Source: an uncultured Alphaproteobacteria bacterium (GTDB taxonomy: Bacteria > Pseudomonadota > Alphaproteobacteria > Micavibrionales > SZUA-601). Taken from it: a stretch of DNA of 51,545 nt. The notes beneath the pieces were generated by a model, which searched no databases, was not told the origin of the DNA, and saw only the letters and a list, made by a program, of their open reading frames with translations. Of the stretch, positions 18,960 through 30,100 are shown in pieces (within the stretch, counting starts at the first letter, position 1; each line of letters opens with the position of its first letter). Position numbers and translations under genes: made by a program. The stretch spans positions 1 through 51,545 of the forward strand of contig CBFGSX010000001.1 in assembly GCA_965651535.1 (NCBI GenBank). Direction: 5' to 3'.

Positions 18960-20078
<1,119 letters not shown>

Positions 20079-20087
20079 TTAATAAAA

Positions 20088-20197
20088 CCCCCCTCTCCCC
20101 TTGGGAGAGGGATGGGGTGAGGGTTTTCGATTTATCCTGCTGCTTCGTAACCCCTCATCCGATGCTGCCGCATCGACCTCTCCCTGAGGGAGAGGTT
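20088..20197. repeat. composite hairpin repeat (family S), copy 2
   Basis: Same orientation as copy 1 and near-identical over CCCCTCTCCC..GGGAGAGGGATGGGGTGAGGGTTTTCGATTTATCCTGCTGC. Confidence 0.75.
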
Positions 20198-20303
20198 ACT
20201 TTTACGCTGTGTCAGCCTGCTCTTGCCGCCGCCGTTCATTCTTGCCAGAATACCCCACAGAACACCCAAGCCTAAAACCATCCGAAACAGAGGATTTCGC
20301 CCG

Positions 20304-20834
20304 ATGCGCCGATTTGCACCGTTTTACCTTTTGCTTGTTTTGCCTGCTTTTCTGGCGGGGTGCGGCGGCATCCAGTCCGAGGCGAAATACCCTGCCGGGC
20401 GCGGCCCCGGTTCGAAAGACATCGTCTATCACGGCGAGCGCGAGAGCATTTTCGGCGAGGGTGGCGCAGGCCTGTTCGGCAGCAAGGATAAAAAAGGCGG
20501 CGAAGCGGGGGTCAGCATCACCGTCAACGCCTATTTGTGGCGTGCCTCGCTTGATACGATTTCCTTCATGCCCTTGGCCTCGGCGGATCCGTTCGGCGGC
20601 ACGATCATCACTGAATGGTATGAAGATCCGAACGTCCCCGGCGAGCGTGTGAAGGCGAATGTTTTTGTTCTGGGCAAGGAATTGCGCACCGACGCGCTGC
20701 GCGTGTCATTGTTCCGTCAGGTGAAATCCGGCGGCACGTGGCGCGATGCGCCGGTGGATGCGGCGACGGTTTCCGCGCTCGAGAACACGATCCTGACCCG
20801 CGCGCGCCAATTGCGTGTGGCGGATAAGGGGTAG
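20304..20834 (+). CDS. lipoprotein, DUF3576-like
   Basis: MRRFAPFYLLLVLPAFLAGC lipobox. The body (NAYLWRASLDTISFMPLASADPFGGTIITEWY) resembles the lipoprotein family that commonly lies next to leuS in Alphaproteobacteria; family name is from memory. Confidence 0.7.
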   Translation: MRRFAPFYLLLVLPAFLAGCGGIQSEAKYPAGRGPGSKDIVYHGERESIFGEGGAGLFGSKDKKGGEAGVSITVNAYLWRASLDTISFMPLASADPFGGTIITEWYEDPNVPGERVKANVFVLGKELRTDALRVSLFRQVKSGGTWRDAPVDAATVSALENTILTRARQLRVADKG

Positions 20835-20953
20835 ATCGGTTTTTTCCTTTGTCATCCTGAGCCAAAGGCGAAGGATCTCGGCAGAGGGGGATTGTTTCGT
20901 GCCGGGATTCTTCGCTACGCTCAGAATGACAAAAGATTTAAGAGATTTTGAAA

Positions 20954-21265
20954 ATGACCAACGCTCGTATCCGCAAAAAACAACGTAAGAATGCGTTACT
21001 GAAGGATGAACAGCCTGCGGTTTTGTTGAGGATGCACGAAAACATCACCGATGCCGAACTGGACGAGATTGGCATCGATCATGATGAAAAATGGCGCGAC
21101 CCGCGCGGTAAGGAGGGGGTATTGAAACTGGACTTTCAGAGCGGGCATATCCTGTTTGAGTTTCGTTCCATGATCCCCGAGATCGAAAAAGAATATGTTG
21201 CCGAACTGATTATCCCTAAAACGTGGCTGAAAGATGCCACACCCAAAGAGTATGTCGGACCATGA
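20954..21265 (+). CDS. hypothetical protein (103 aa), translationally coupled to leuS
   Basis: ATG 20954 (TTG 20948 also possible). Its stop overlaps the leuS ATG (ATGA at 21262-21265). Confidence 0.45.
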   Translation: MTNARIRKKQRKNALLKDEQPAVLLRMHENITDAELDEIGIDHDEKWRDPRGKEGVLKLDFQSGHILFEFRSMIPEIEKEYVAELIIPKTWLKDATPKEYVGP

Positions 21266-23856
21266 CCCAAGAACGCTACAACCCCCGCGCGGTCGAAGAC
21301 AAATGGCGCAAAATCTGGTCGGACAAAAAAACCGACAAGGTAAACTTCGACAGCGGCAAGCCGAAATTCTATCTGCTGGAAATGTTCCCCTATCCGTCGG
21401 GCGTTTTGCACATGGGCCATGTGCGCAATTACACGATCGGCGATGTGATCGGCCGCTATAAAAAAGCCTGCGGCTTCGAGGTTTTGCACCCGATGGGCTA
21501 TGACGCGTTCGGATTGCCGGCGGAAAACGCGGCGCTTGATAACGGCGCGCATCCCAAGGAATGGACGTATCGCAATATCGACGCCATGCGCCAGCAATTC
21601 GACATGTTGTCCATCGGCTTCGATTGGGATTTGGGGCTGGCGACCTGCGACGAGGATTACTACCACCAGCAACAGAAAATCTTTCTCGATTTCGTCAAGC
21701 GCGGCATCGCCTATCAGCGCGAGGCCGAGGTCAACTGGGACCCGGTCGATCAGTGCGTGCTGGCCAACGAAGAAGTGGTGGACGGCAAAGGCTGGCGCAG
21801 TGGCGCGCCGGTCGAGCGCCGCAAGCTGACGCAATGGTTCTTCAAGATCACCGATTACGCCGATCAACTTCTGGATGGCTTGAAGACTTTGACCGAGTGG
21901 CCGGAAAAAGTCGTCACCATGCAGGAAAACTGGATCGGCAAGTCGCAGGGTTTGCGCTTTAGTTTTCCGCTGCGCGAAAAAATCGCGGGCTATGCGGAAA
22001 CCGGGATCGAGGTGTATACCACGCGCCCCGATACGATTTTCGGCGCGTCCTTTGTGGCCATCGCCGCCGGGCATCCGTTGGCCGCCGCGCTCGCCAAGGA
22101 TAATAAAAAACTCCAGGATTTCATCGCCGAGTGCAACAAGGGAGGCACCGCCGCCGCCGAGATCGAAACGGCGGAGAAAATCGGTTTCGATACGGGGCTA
22201 AAGGTTCCGCATCCCTTCCTCAAGGATGTGCATCTGCCGGTCTGGGTGGCGAATTTCATCCTGATGGGTTACGGCACGGGGGCCGTGTTCGGCTGTCCCG
22301 CGCATGACCAGCGCGACCTTGATTTCGCCAATAAATATAAATTGGATGTGACGCCCGTCGTGATCCCGCCGGGCGAGATCGCCGAAAGTTTCCGCGTCAC
22401 GAAGCTGGCCTATACGGGGCCGGGGAAACTGTTCAACTCGGCTTTTCTCGACGGGCTCGAGATCGACGAGGCGAAAAAAACCGCCATCGCGAAATTCGAG
22501 GAAATGGGCCTGGGCCGCGCCGAAACGCAATACCGTTTGCGCGATTGGGGCGTCTCGCGCCAGCGTTACTGGGGTTGCCCGATCCCGATGATCCATTGCC
22601 CGCAATGCGGCACGCTGCCGGTTTCGGAGGCGAATTTGCCCGTGCGTCTGCCCGAGGATGTCGAGTTTGACAAACCCGGCAATCCGCTCGACCGCCATCC
22701 GACATGGAAACATGTGTCCTGTCATCAATGCGGCACCAACGCCACGCGTGAGACGGATACGATGGCAACTTTCGTCGACAGTTCGTGGTATTTCGCGCGT
22801 TTCATCGATCCACGCAACACCAAGGCGCCTTTCGATAAAAAGCGCGTCAATACGTGGCTGCCCGTCGATCAATATGTCGGCGGCATCGAACACGCGGTGC
22901 TGCACTTGCTGTATGCGCGGTTTTTCACGCGCGCCATGCGCGATTGCGGCTATCTCGACCTCGACGAGCCGTTCAAGAAATTGTTCACCCAAGGCATGCT
23001 GACGCATATGGCGTTCAAGGATCTGAACGGCAAATGGGTCTATCCGCATGAAGTCGAAAAAGACGAAAACGGCGAATGGCACAAGATCGCCGACGGTTCC
23101 CCCGTCGTGGCGGGCGACGTCATCAAGATGTCGAAATCGAAAAAGAACACCGTCGACCCGATCAACATCGTCGAAACCTATGGCGCGGATGCCGTGCGTT
23201 TCTTCGTGCTGTCGGACAGCCCGCCGGAAAAGGATCTCGAATGGACGGTGGGCGGCATCGACGGCTCGTGGCGCTTCGTCAATAAATTGCACCGCATGGT
23301 GACCGAGGCGCTGCCCGTTCTGCCGAAAACCGGAGCGCCCGCGCCGTCGGCGTTTTCCGATGCGGCCATGGGTCTGCGCCGCAACACGCACCGCACGATC
23401 CAGCTTTTCACCGACAGCCTCGAACGCTTCCACTTCAATACGGCCATCGCCCGCTTGCGCGAATTCACCAATGAATTATCGGCTTTCAAGGCGGAAACGC
23501 CCGACGCGCAATGGGCCTTGCGCGAGGCTTTGGAAACGCTGACGATTTTGATTAATCCGATGATGCCGCATCTGGCCGAGGAATTGGGCGCGGAGCTGGG
23601 ATTCAAGAATCTCGTCGCCCTGACGGCGTGGCCGCAATTCGATCCCGAACTGGCGAAAAAGGATTCGGTGACCATCGGCGTGCAGGTCAACGGCAAATTG
23701 CGCGGCACGATCACCCTTGCCGCCGAGGCCGATGCCAAGACGACCGAAACGGCGGCGCTCGCCAATGACAGCGTCCGCCCTTGGGTCGACGGCAAGGACA
23801 TCAAGAAGATCGTCGTCGTGCCGGGCCGTATCGTCAATATCGTGGTCGCAGCATGA
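21262..23856 (+). CDS. leuS: leucine--tRNA ligase
   Basis: HMGH ([11 protein letters not shown]) and KMSKS ([10 protein letters not shown]) signatures, CP1 editing domain, 864 aa. Confidence 0.97.
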   Translation: MTQERYNPRAVEDKWRKIWSDKKTDKVNFDSGKPKFYLLEMFPYPSGVLHMGHVRNYTIGDVIGRYKKACGFEVLHPMGYDAFGLPAENAALDNGAHPKEWTYRNIDAMRQQFDMLSIGFDWDLGLATCDEDYYHQQQKIFLDFVKRGIAYQREAEVNWDPVDQCVLANEEVVDGKGWRSGAPVERRKLTQWFFKITDYADQLLDGLKTLTEWPEKVVTMQENWIGKSQGLRFSFPLREKIAGYAETGIEVYTTRPDTIFGASFVAIAAGHPLAAALAKDNKKLQDFIAECNKGGTAAAEIETAEKIGFDTGLKVPHPFLKDVHLPVWVANFILMGYGTGAVFGCPAHDQRDLDFANKYKLDVTPVVIPPGEIAESFRVTKLAYTGPGKLFNSAFLDGLEIDEAKKTAIAKFEEMGLGRAETQYRLRDWGVSRQRYWGCPIPMIHCPQCGTLPVSEANLPVRLPEDVEFDKPGNPLDRHPTWKHVSCHQCGTNATRETDTMATFVDSSWYFARFIDPRNTKAPFDKKRVNTWLPVDQYVGGIEHAVLHLLYARFFTRAMRDCGYLDLDEPFKKLFTQGMLTHMAFKDLNGKWVYPHEVEKDENGEWHKIADGSPVVAGDVIKMSKSKKNTVDPINIVETYGADAVRFFVLSDSPPEKDLEWTVGGIDGSWRFVNKLHRMVTEALPVLPKTGAPAPSAFSDAAMGLRRNTHRTIQLFTDSLERFHFNTAIARLREFTNELSAFKAETPDAQWALREALETLTILINPMMPHLAEELGAELGFKNLVALTAWPQFDPELAKKDSVTIGVQVNGKLRGTITLAAEADAKTTETAALANDSVRPWVDGKDIKKIVVVPGRIVNIVVAA

Positions 23857-23868
23857 GGCAAGATGTTC

Positions 23869-24093
23869 TCACGCGAAGCCGCGAAGTCGCAAAGGAAAGG
23901 GGTTTTCTCTTGCGGTCGACCGAAAAACAAAGCCCGGTGTACGGGAAACAGCTTCTGACTTATTTGCGCTTGATGAATCTTCCTTTGGGTCTTCTGATGA
24001 ATTTCGGCGTGGGCACTTTCAAAGAAGGCGTCCAGCGTGTGGTGAGCAATCATGTGTGACAACAACGCCTTTGCGTCTTCGCGCCTTCGCGTG
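23869..24093. mobile_element. 225-bp cassette with 26-bp terminal inverted repeats carrying a GxxExxY-family gene remnant
   Basis: CACGCGAAGCCGCGAAGTCGCAAAGG (23869-23894) against the reverse complement of 24068-24093 (CACGCGAAGGCGCGAAGACGCAAAGG), 24/26 matches. Confidence 0.65.
23934..24059 (+). pseudogene. truncated GxxExxY (PD-(D/E)XK-like) protein remnant
   Basis: PVYGKQLLTYLRLMNLPLGLLMNFGVGTFKEGVQRVV matches only the C-terminal third of the roughly 125-aa GxxExxY family. The N-terminal and central parts are missing. Confidence 0.5.
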
Positions 24094-24123
24094 ATCCCGC
24101 AAGGATCCCGGATCAAGTCCGGG

Positions 24124-24603
24124 ATGACGGTTCTTTTGTTTAGTTTTTTCCTCGCCGCCTGCGGGTTTCGTCCCCTGTATCAAAACACGAACACGCTGTC
24201 CGGCGGAGCCACGCCGCTGCAACAGGTCTGGATCGCCAATATTCCCGATCATTCGGGATTGCGGTTGCGTAACGCGCTGACCGACCGCTTCTATCACAGC
24301 GGTGCGCCGCAGGATCCGCGCTATGCGCTCGAGGTCAAGCTCGCCGAGAATCACCGCAACGTCATCATCGACAAGGACGACAGCACCACCCGCCGCCAGC
24401 TTGTGTTGTCGGCAGAGTACCGCCTGCTGGAGCGCGCGACGCGGCGCGTCCTCGACAGCGGGTCGTTGCGCGCGTCTTCGGCCTATAACATTCTGCCCAG
24501 CCAATACACGACGCTGGTTACCGAAGATGCGGCGCGCATGAACGCGCTGAACGATCTGGCCGACAAGATCACTTTGCGTCTGGCGACAATTCTCGAGCAA
24601 TAA
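24124..24603 (+). CDS. lptE: LPS-assembly lipoprotein LptE
   Basis: MTVLLFSFFLAAC lipobox followed by GFRPLY, which is typical of LptE/RlpB. Position after leuS is the conserved synteny. Confidence 0.8.
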   Translation: MTVLLFSFFLAACGFRPLYQNTNTLSGGATPLQQVWIANIPDHSGLRLRNALTDRFYHSGAPQDPRYALEVKLAENHRNVIIDKDDSTTRRQLVLSAEYRLLERATRRVLDSGSLRASSAYNILPSQYTTLVTEDAARMNALNDLADKITLRLATILEQ

Positions 24604-24637
24604 AAAAGCTCCCTTCCTCCGAACGGAGAAAGGGAGC
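24602..24637 (-). terminator. rho-independent terminator of the chemoreceptor gene
   Basis: On the minus strand, GCTCCCTT...AAGGGAGC 8-bp outer stem with an inner CTCCG/CGGAG stem, followed by TTTTTT (plus-strand A-run 24602-24607). Confidence 0.65.
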
Positions 24638-24657
24638 AGCACAGGGGATGTGCGTTT

Positions 24658-26139
24658 TTACTCCAGCGCTTCGGCGGCTTTTTTCGTGCTGTGCATGGCT
24701 TCGCCCGCCGTTTTGATGGATTTTTCGATCTCGGTCATGCTGGCGCTGATGCTGGAAACGGCTTCGGCGGCGGTCTGCATGTTCGACGACATCTCGCGCG
24801 AGACGGCGGCCTGTTCTTCGACGGCGGCTGCCGTGCCGGTGACGTATTCGCGCACGTTCTCGACCGATTGCTTGATCGTGCCCAGCGACTCCACCACCGC
24901 GCCCGAGATTTCTTGAATCCCGGCGATTTCCTGCCCGATTTTTTCGGTGGCGTCGGCGGCCTGCTTGGCCAGATTCTTGACCTCGCCGGCCACGACGGCG
25001 AAACCTTTTCCGGCTTCGCCCGCGCGCGCGGATTCGATCGTCGCGTTAAGCGACAGCAAATTGATCTGGCTGGCTATGTTCTGGATCAGATCGACAATGC
25101 TGGTCATGGCCTGCGCGGTCGCGGTCAGGCGCGCCGTGTCGGCCTCGGCGCCCTTGGCCTGTTCAAAGGCCTTTTCGGTGGCGTCGCGCGACTTGGTCAT
25201 GCTGGCGGAGATTTCCTGCACCGACGCGTTTAATTCCTCGGCGCCGCTGGCGACCATCTGCACATTGGCCGAGGTCTGCACGGCGGCCGCGGCGGCAGAG
25301 GATGATTGCTGCGACGCGTTGTTCAAAGCCTTGTCAATTTCGGCCAGCGAATGCTTGACCGTGTTGACCAAAGTCGCCTGTTTCGTGATATCGGTGGCGT
25401 ATTTGACGACTTTATACGGCTTGCCGCTGGGATCGAAAATCGGATTATAGCTGGCCTGGATCCAGATTTCCTTGCCGCCCTTGCCGAAGCGCTTGTATTG
25501 CGCGGCCTGATATTCGCCGCGCGCCAGCGACTCCCAGAATTTTTTGTACTCGACGCTGTTCTTGTAATCCGGCTCGACGAACAGCGAATGGTGCTTGCCC
25601 TTGATCTCGTCCAAACTATAACCGACGGCACCGCAGAAATTTTCATTCGCGCCCAGGATGTTTCCCTGAAGATCGAACTCGATCACGGCCTGCGATTTCT
25701 TGATGGCGTTGAGCTGCCCTTGGAAATCGGCGGTCTGGAGCTTTTGTTTCGTCGTTTCTGTGGCGTATTTGACGACTTTGAAAGGCTTGCCGTCCTTGCC
25801 GAAAATCGGGTTATAGCTGGCCTGAATCCAGATTTCCTTGCCGCCCCTGCCATAGCGCTTGTATTCGGCGGTTTGGAATTCACCACGCGCCAAAGCCTCC
25901 CAGAATTGTCGGTATTCCATGCTGTTCTTGTATTCCGGCTCGACGAACAGCGAATGGTGCTTGCCCTTGATCTCGTCGAGCGTATAGCCGACCGTTGCGC
26001 AGAAATTCGGATTGGCGTCCAGAATATTGCCCTGAAGATCGAACTCGATCACGGCCTGCGATTTGTCGAGCGCGGCAAGTTTTGCGCTTAGCTCATGGCT
26101 GCGCGGTCTGGCGCGAACTTTTGTCAGTAACTGCTTCAT
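24658..26139 (-). CDS. soluble methyl-accepting chemotaxis protein with two tandem PAS domains
   Basis: No TM or HAMP. Two 106-aa PAS units of about 80% identity. Conserved MCP hairpin tip QINLLSLNATIESARAGEAGKGFAVVAGEVKNLA. ATG 26139 follows GGGGGA. Confidence 0.9.
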   Translation of the reverse strand: MKQLLTKVRARPRSHELSAKLAALDKSQAVIEFDLQGNILDANPNFCATVGYTLDEIKGKHHSLFVEPEYKNSMEYRQFWEALARGEFQTAEYKRYGRGGKEIWIQASYNPIFGKDGKPFKVVKYATETTKQKLQTADFQGQLNAIKKSQAVIEFDLQGNILGANENFCGAVGYSLDEIKGKHHSLFVEPDYKNSVEYKKFWESLARGEYQAAQYKRFGKGGKEIWIQASYNPIFDPSGKPYKVVKYATDITKQATLVNTVKHSLAEIDKALNNASQQSSSAAAAAVQTSANVQMVASGAEELNASVQEISASMTKSRDATEKAFEQAKGAEADTARLTATAQAMTSIVDLIQNIASQINLLSLNATIESARAGEAGKGFAVVAGEVKNLAKQAADATEKIGQEIAGIQEISGAVVESLGTIKQSVENVREYVTGTAAAVEEQAAVSREMSSNMQTAAEAVSSISASMTEIEKSIKTAGEAMHSTKKAAEALE

Positions 26140-26289
26140 GGTTTTCCCCCGTTGGTAAGTCGTGTGACTTCCCGAGGGATACGTGACTCGCCTTGCGGGG
26201 CTGGTTAAAATTTTCAACCGCCGCGTTTGAAACATAAAGCCGTATGCGCGAAACGCGCATTTGCATGGCGGCGTATGTTATTGGACGTT

Positions 26290-28107
26290 CTACTCGTCGC
26301 CGACCTTGAGCGCGGCGATAAAGGCGCTTTGCGGAATTTCGACCTGTCCGAACTGGCGCATCTTTTTCTTGCCTTCTTTTTGCTTGTCCCAAAGTTTGCG
26401 CTTGCGGGTGATGTCGCCGCCATAGCATTTGGCGGTGACGTCCTTTTGGAACGAGCCGATCGTCTCGCGCGCGATGATCTTCGCGCCGAGGGCGGCTTGA
26501 ATGGCGATCTTGAACATCTGTTTCGGAATGAGGTCTTTGAGGCGCTCGCATAAATGCCGCCCGCGGCGCTCGGCCTGGGAGCGGTGGACGATCATGCTCA
26601 GCGCGTCGACCGGTTCGGAATTGACGAGGATCGACATCTTCACCATGTCGCCCTCGCGGTATCCCTCGAGCTGATAGTCAAAGCTGGCATAGCCTTTGGA
26701 GATCGACTTGAGGCGGTCATAGAAATCGAACACCACCTCGTTGAGCGGCAGCATATATTCCAGCACGACGCGCGATCCGGCGTAATTCAGGCTGACCTGT
26801 TCGCCGCGGCGTTCTTCGCACAACTTAAGCAAGCCGCCGACATATTCATCCGGCACGAAGATGGTCGCCTTGATCCACGGCTCTTCGATTTTGTCGATGC
26901 GGCCTTCATCGGGCATATCGGCGGGGTTATACAGCATCGTCTCCTTGCCGTCCGTCGTCGTGACCTTGTAGACGACGCTGGGGGCGGTGGCGATCATGTC
27001 GATATTATATTCGCGTTCGAGACGTTCCTGGATGATCTCCATATGAAGGAGGCCCAGGAATCCGCAACGGAAACCGACCCCCAAAGCCGCTGAGGTCTCC
27101 ATCTCGTAGCTGAACGAGGAATCGTTGAGCGCCAGCTTACCCAAGGATTCGCGCAGCTTTTCCAGCTCGCTGCTATCCACCGGAAACAGCGAACAGAACA
27201 CGACCTGAATGGACGGCTTGAATCCTTCCAGCGCCTGCGCGGTCGGGTTGCGCGTGTGGGTGATGGTATCGCCGACCTTGGTCGACGAAATATCCTTGAC
27301 GGCGGCGGTGACGAAACCCATCTCGCCGGGGCCGAGGCTGTCGGTCAAGAGTTGCTTGGGCGTGAACACGCCGACGCGGTCGACCGTGCCCTTGAATCCC
27401 GTCGCCATGAACGTCACAAGGTCGCCTTTTTTGATCGTGCCTTCCATGACGCGCACGAGGACGACGATACCCAAATACTGATCGTACCAGCTATCGACCA
27501 GCAGCGCCTTGAGCGGCGCGTCGGCGGGCTGCGCTTTGGGCGCGGGCAATCGCGTGACGATCGCTTCGAGCAATTCGGGAATACCCAATCCGGTTTTGGC
27601 GGAAACGGGCACGGCGTCCGACGCGTCCAAGCCGATCACATCCTCGATCTGCGCCTTGACGCGCTCGGGTTCGGCGGCGGGCAGGTCGATCTTGTTCAAT
27701 ACGGGAATGATCTCGTGGTTCTTGTCCAAGGCCTGATAGACATTGGCAAGGGTCTGCGCCTCGACGCCCTGCGACGCATCGACGACGAGGATGGAACCCT
27801 CGCACGCGACCATCGAGCGCGACACCTCATAGGCGAAATCGACATGGCCCGGCGTGTCCATGACATTAAGCTGATAGGTCTTGCCGTCTTTGGCCGTATA
27901 GTTCAGACGGATGGTCTGGGCCTTGATGGTGATGCCGCGTTCGCGCTCGATCTCCATGTTGTCGAGCATCTGCTCTTTTAATTCACGCGCTTCGACGCCG
28001 CCGCAGAATTGGATCAGCCGGTCGGCCAGGGTGGATTTCCCATGGTCGATATGGGCGATAATGGCGAAATTGCGGATCAGGCTCTGATTATTCTTGGGCT
28101 CGGTCAT
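26290..28107 (-). CDS. lepA: translation elongation factor 4 (LepA)
   Basis: [34 protein letters not shown] and the LepA-specific C-terminal domain. ATG 28107 is preferred over TTG 28128. Confidence 0.96.
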   Translation of the reverse strand: MTEPKNNQSLIRNFAIIAHIDHGKSTLADRLIQFCGGVEARELKEQMLDNMEIERERGITIKAQTIRLNYTAKDGKTYQLNVMDTPGHVDFAYEVSRSMVACEGSILVVDASQGVEAQTLANVYQALDKNHEIIPVLNKIDLPAAEPERVKAQIEDVIGLDASDAVPVSAKTGLGIPELLEAIVTRLPAPKAQPADAPLKALLVDSWYDQYLGIVVLVRVMEGTIKKGDLVTFMATGFKGTVDRVGVFTPKQLLTDSLGPGEMGFVTAAVKDISSTKVGDTITHTRNPTAQALEGFKPSIQVVFCSLFPVDSSELEKLRESLGKLALNDSSFSYEMETSAALGVGFRCGFLGLLHMEIIQERLEREYNIDMIATAPSVVYKVTTTDGKETMLYNPADMPDEGRIDKIEEPWIKATIFVPDEYVGGLLKLCEERRGEQVSLNYAGSRVVLEYMLPLNEVVFDFYDRLKSISKGYASFDYQLEGYREGDMVKMSILVNSEPVDALSMIVHRSQAERRGRHLCERLKDLIPKQMFKIAIQAALGAKIIARETIGSFQKDVTAKCYGGDITRKRKLWDKQKEGKKKMRQFGQVEIPQSAFIAALKVGDE

Positions 28108-28156
28108 AGGGGCCTTAAGTAAAGGCAATCCCGTCCGAAATCAAGCGATTCCGCCT

Positions 28157-28435
28157 TTAGGCCTCCCTCTCCCCTTGAGGGAGAGGGGCGGGGCGAGGGG
28201 TAAAAAACCACTCCGCCCAGGCGCGGATCAGCACATAGAAAATGACGATGTTGACAAGCGGCAGGATGAACGTGGTCAGCGTCGCGCCGAGGGCCAAGGC
28301 GCCGTCTCCGCGCAGGGCCAGACGGAACCCATCCTCCCACATCCAGCCGCGCCATCCGTCATGAAACAGATACAGCGTGTAAAACGCGGCGCATCCCGCC
28401 AGCGGCAACACATATAATACAACGAACAGCAACAT
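28157..28435 (-). CDS. small hypothetical membrane protein (92 aa)
   Basis: ATG 28435 follows GGGAGAG. Three hydrophobic segments. The last ~10 codons (PAPLPQGEREA) are supplied by a family S repeat, so the real 3' end is doubtful. Confidence 0.35.
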   Translation of the reverse strand: MLLFVVLYVLPLAGCAAFYTLYLFHDGWRGWMWEDGFRLALRGDGALALGATLTTFILPLVNIVIFYVLIRAWAEWFFTPRPAPLPQGEREA

Positions 28436-28450
28436 CGCTTTCTCTCCCGC

Positions 28451-28487
28451 AACAACAAAAGCCACCGAGAGCAGAAGCGCTCTGGTG
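28451..28487 (-). terminator. candidate intrinsic terminator (minus strand)
   Basis: On the minus strand, CACCAGAGC-gcttct-GCTCT(C)GGTG followed by GCTTTTGTTGTT. Confidence 0.45.
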
Positions 28488-28488
28488 A

Positions 28489-28634
28489 CCGGGAGTTAAG
28501 AACCATCACTTTCGAAATGGCGCGACTTTCTTTAGCCGCGAGGCTTGGACATACAAAGCCGCCTCCCGATCATGGATCGAGAAGCACGTTTCGGCCATAC
28601 TACGCCGCGAAAGTGAGAGGTTCTTAAGCCCCGG
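28489..28634 (-). ncRNA. candidate structured RNA or MITE (146 nt closed by a roughly 26-bp imperfect stem)
   Basis: CCGGGAGTTAAGAACCATCACTTTCG (28489-28514) pairs with CGAAAGTGAGAGGTTCTTAAGCCCCGG (28608-28634). No ORF present. A terminator follows on the minus strand. Class not identified. Confidence 0.3.
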
Positions 28635-28709
28635 GGAATAAGCGGATGCTTGAATTCCCTAAAGGGAAGGATAGGGGAGTTAAGCGCGTATGTCGAGAAA
28701 GAACATATT

Positions 28710-29876
28710 CTAGCGCTTAATGGGTTCTGTTCCCTGGCTTAAAATCGCGAGATAGGACGGATAACTGTAAAGTTTGTGCCGGGATTTTCCGGTGATCTCC
28801 TTCAAGATGCCCATTTCTTCCAGTATGCCGAGCGCGCGCAGGACGGTGGGCAGGGACAGGCCGGTTTTATCTTTAATAAGCGAGGTATTCGAAACGGGCT
28901 TGCGCTGGAAATAGTGATGGACGGTCAAGATCGAGGCGGCCGATTTGTCCGATGCTTCGATGATAGCCCTGTCCTTGTCAAAGAGCCGGATGACGGCTTG
29001 CGCCGTTTCAGTGGCCTGACCGGCTGTTTCGATGACGCCGTTGAGAAAAAACGTTATCCAGGCTTCCCAATCCCCGGTCAGTCGGACGTTCTGGAGATGA
29101 TCGTAATAAAGCTGGCGATTGGATTTAAAATAAAGACTCAAATAGAGCAGAGGCTCTTTCAACATTCCTTCGACACATAGCAAAAAGGTAATAAGAAGAC
29201 GTCCGAGACGTCCGTTCCCGTCTAAAAACGGGTGGATTGTTTCAAATTGCACATGAACGAGGGCGGCTTTTATCAATGCAGGAAGCGTGTTTTTCTCGTC
29301 ATGGATGAATTTTTCAAGTTCGCCCAAGGCTTCCATCACATATTCGGGCGGGGGTGGAACAAAAATGGCGTTTCCCGGACGGTCTCCACCGATCCAGTTC
29401 TGGGATGAACGAAACTCGCCCGGCAGTTTGTGCTTCCCTCTCCCGTCCGCCAACAGGATGGCGTGGATTTCCTTGATGAGTCGCAGGGATAGCGGAAATT
29501 CTTTCAGCCTCTCCAGGCCATGATTCATGGCGGCAACGTAATTCGACACTTCCTGCACGTCATTGACGGGAACACCGGGAGCCTCTTCATTTTCAAAAAG
29601 AAGCAGATCGGAGAAGGAGGATTGCGTTCCTTCGATCTGTGAAGAAAGAAGTGCTTCTTTTCGGACATACATATACAGGAACAAGGAGGGGTCCGGTAAT
29701 ACCATGCTCATGCCGTCGAGACGACCGATCGCCGTATTGGCTTTGTCCAGAAGGGGATAAAGGGAAGCCATATCCAACTCGGGACGAGGCGGAAGATTTG
29801 GCGGGAGATAGGCCGCATAGCTCTCTCCTGCGACGGCGCATCGTAGGAACCGCCCGATACGGGTGTTTTCAGTCAT
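28710..29876 (-). CDS. Fic-family protein (AMPylase type, class II auto-inhibited) with C-terminal winged-helix domain
   Basis: Fic motif HPFLDGNGRLGR. N-terminal inhibitory motif SxxxEG (SSQIEGT). About 45-48% GC against about 60% in its neighbours. Confidence 0.9.
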   Translation of the reverse strand: MTENTRIGRFLRCAVAGESYAAYLPPNLPPRPELDMASLYPLLDKANTAIGRLDGMSMVLPDPSLFLYMYVRKEALLSSQIEGTQSSFSDLLLFENEEAPGVPVNDVQEVSNYVAAMNHGLERLKEFPLSLRLIKEIHAILLADGRGKHKLPGEFRSSQNWIGGDRPGNAIFVPPPPEYVMEALGELEKFIHDEKNTLPALIKAALVHVQFETIHPFLDGNGRLGRLLITFLLCVEGMLKEPLLYLSLYFKSNRQLYYDHLQNVRLTGDWEAWITFFLNGVIETAGQATETAQAVIRLFDKDRAIIEASDKSAASILTVHHYFQRKPVSNTSLIKDKTGLSLPTVLRALGILEEMGILKEITGKSRHKLYSYPSYLAILSQGTEPIKR

Positions 29877-29890
29877 GGACTTCTCTAGTT

Positions 29891-29978
29891 AAATATTTGT
29901 CGTTTTCTTTATTTATTCTACTGTAACTTACAACAGCTTTAGTTGCAAGAAATTAAATAAAGAAAATAGAAAATATTT
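29891..29978. promoter_or_regulatory. 25-bp imperfect inverted repeat within a roughly 150-bp AT-rich tract upstream of fic
   Basis: AAATATTTGTCGTTTTCTTTATTTA (29891-29915) against the reverse complement of 29954-29978, 21/25 matches. By eye the tract 29880-30030 is about 20% GC. Confidence 0.4.
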
Positions 29979-30023
29979 AATTTAATATTCTTATTATTTT
30001 CAATATTTTAGTGTAAATTCATC

Positions 30024-30057
30024 AAAATAAAACCCCGGCGTTTCCACCGGGGTTTTT
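30024..30057 (-). terminator. rho-independent terminator of rplT (hairpin flanked by A and T runs on both sides)
   Basis: CCCCGG-cgtttcca-CCGGGG flanked by AAAATAAAA and TTTTT, 44 nt after the rplT stop. Confidence 0.7.
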
Positions 30058-30100
30058 GAATTTCTGAGACCCTCGCTTGCGCAAGGGTTACGAGGTGCGG

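Noticed and set aside
28710-29876. Fic toxin with a separate small antitoxin (class I FicTA module).
   Set aside because: The inhibitory SxxxEG motif is within the Fic protein N-terminus (class II). No small ORF precedes or follows the gene.
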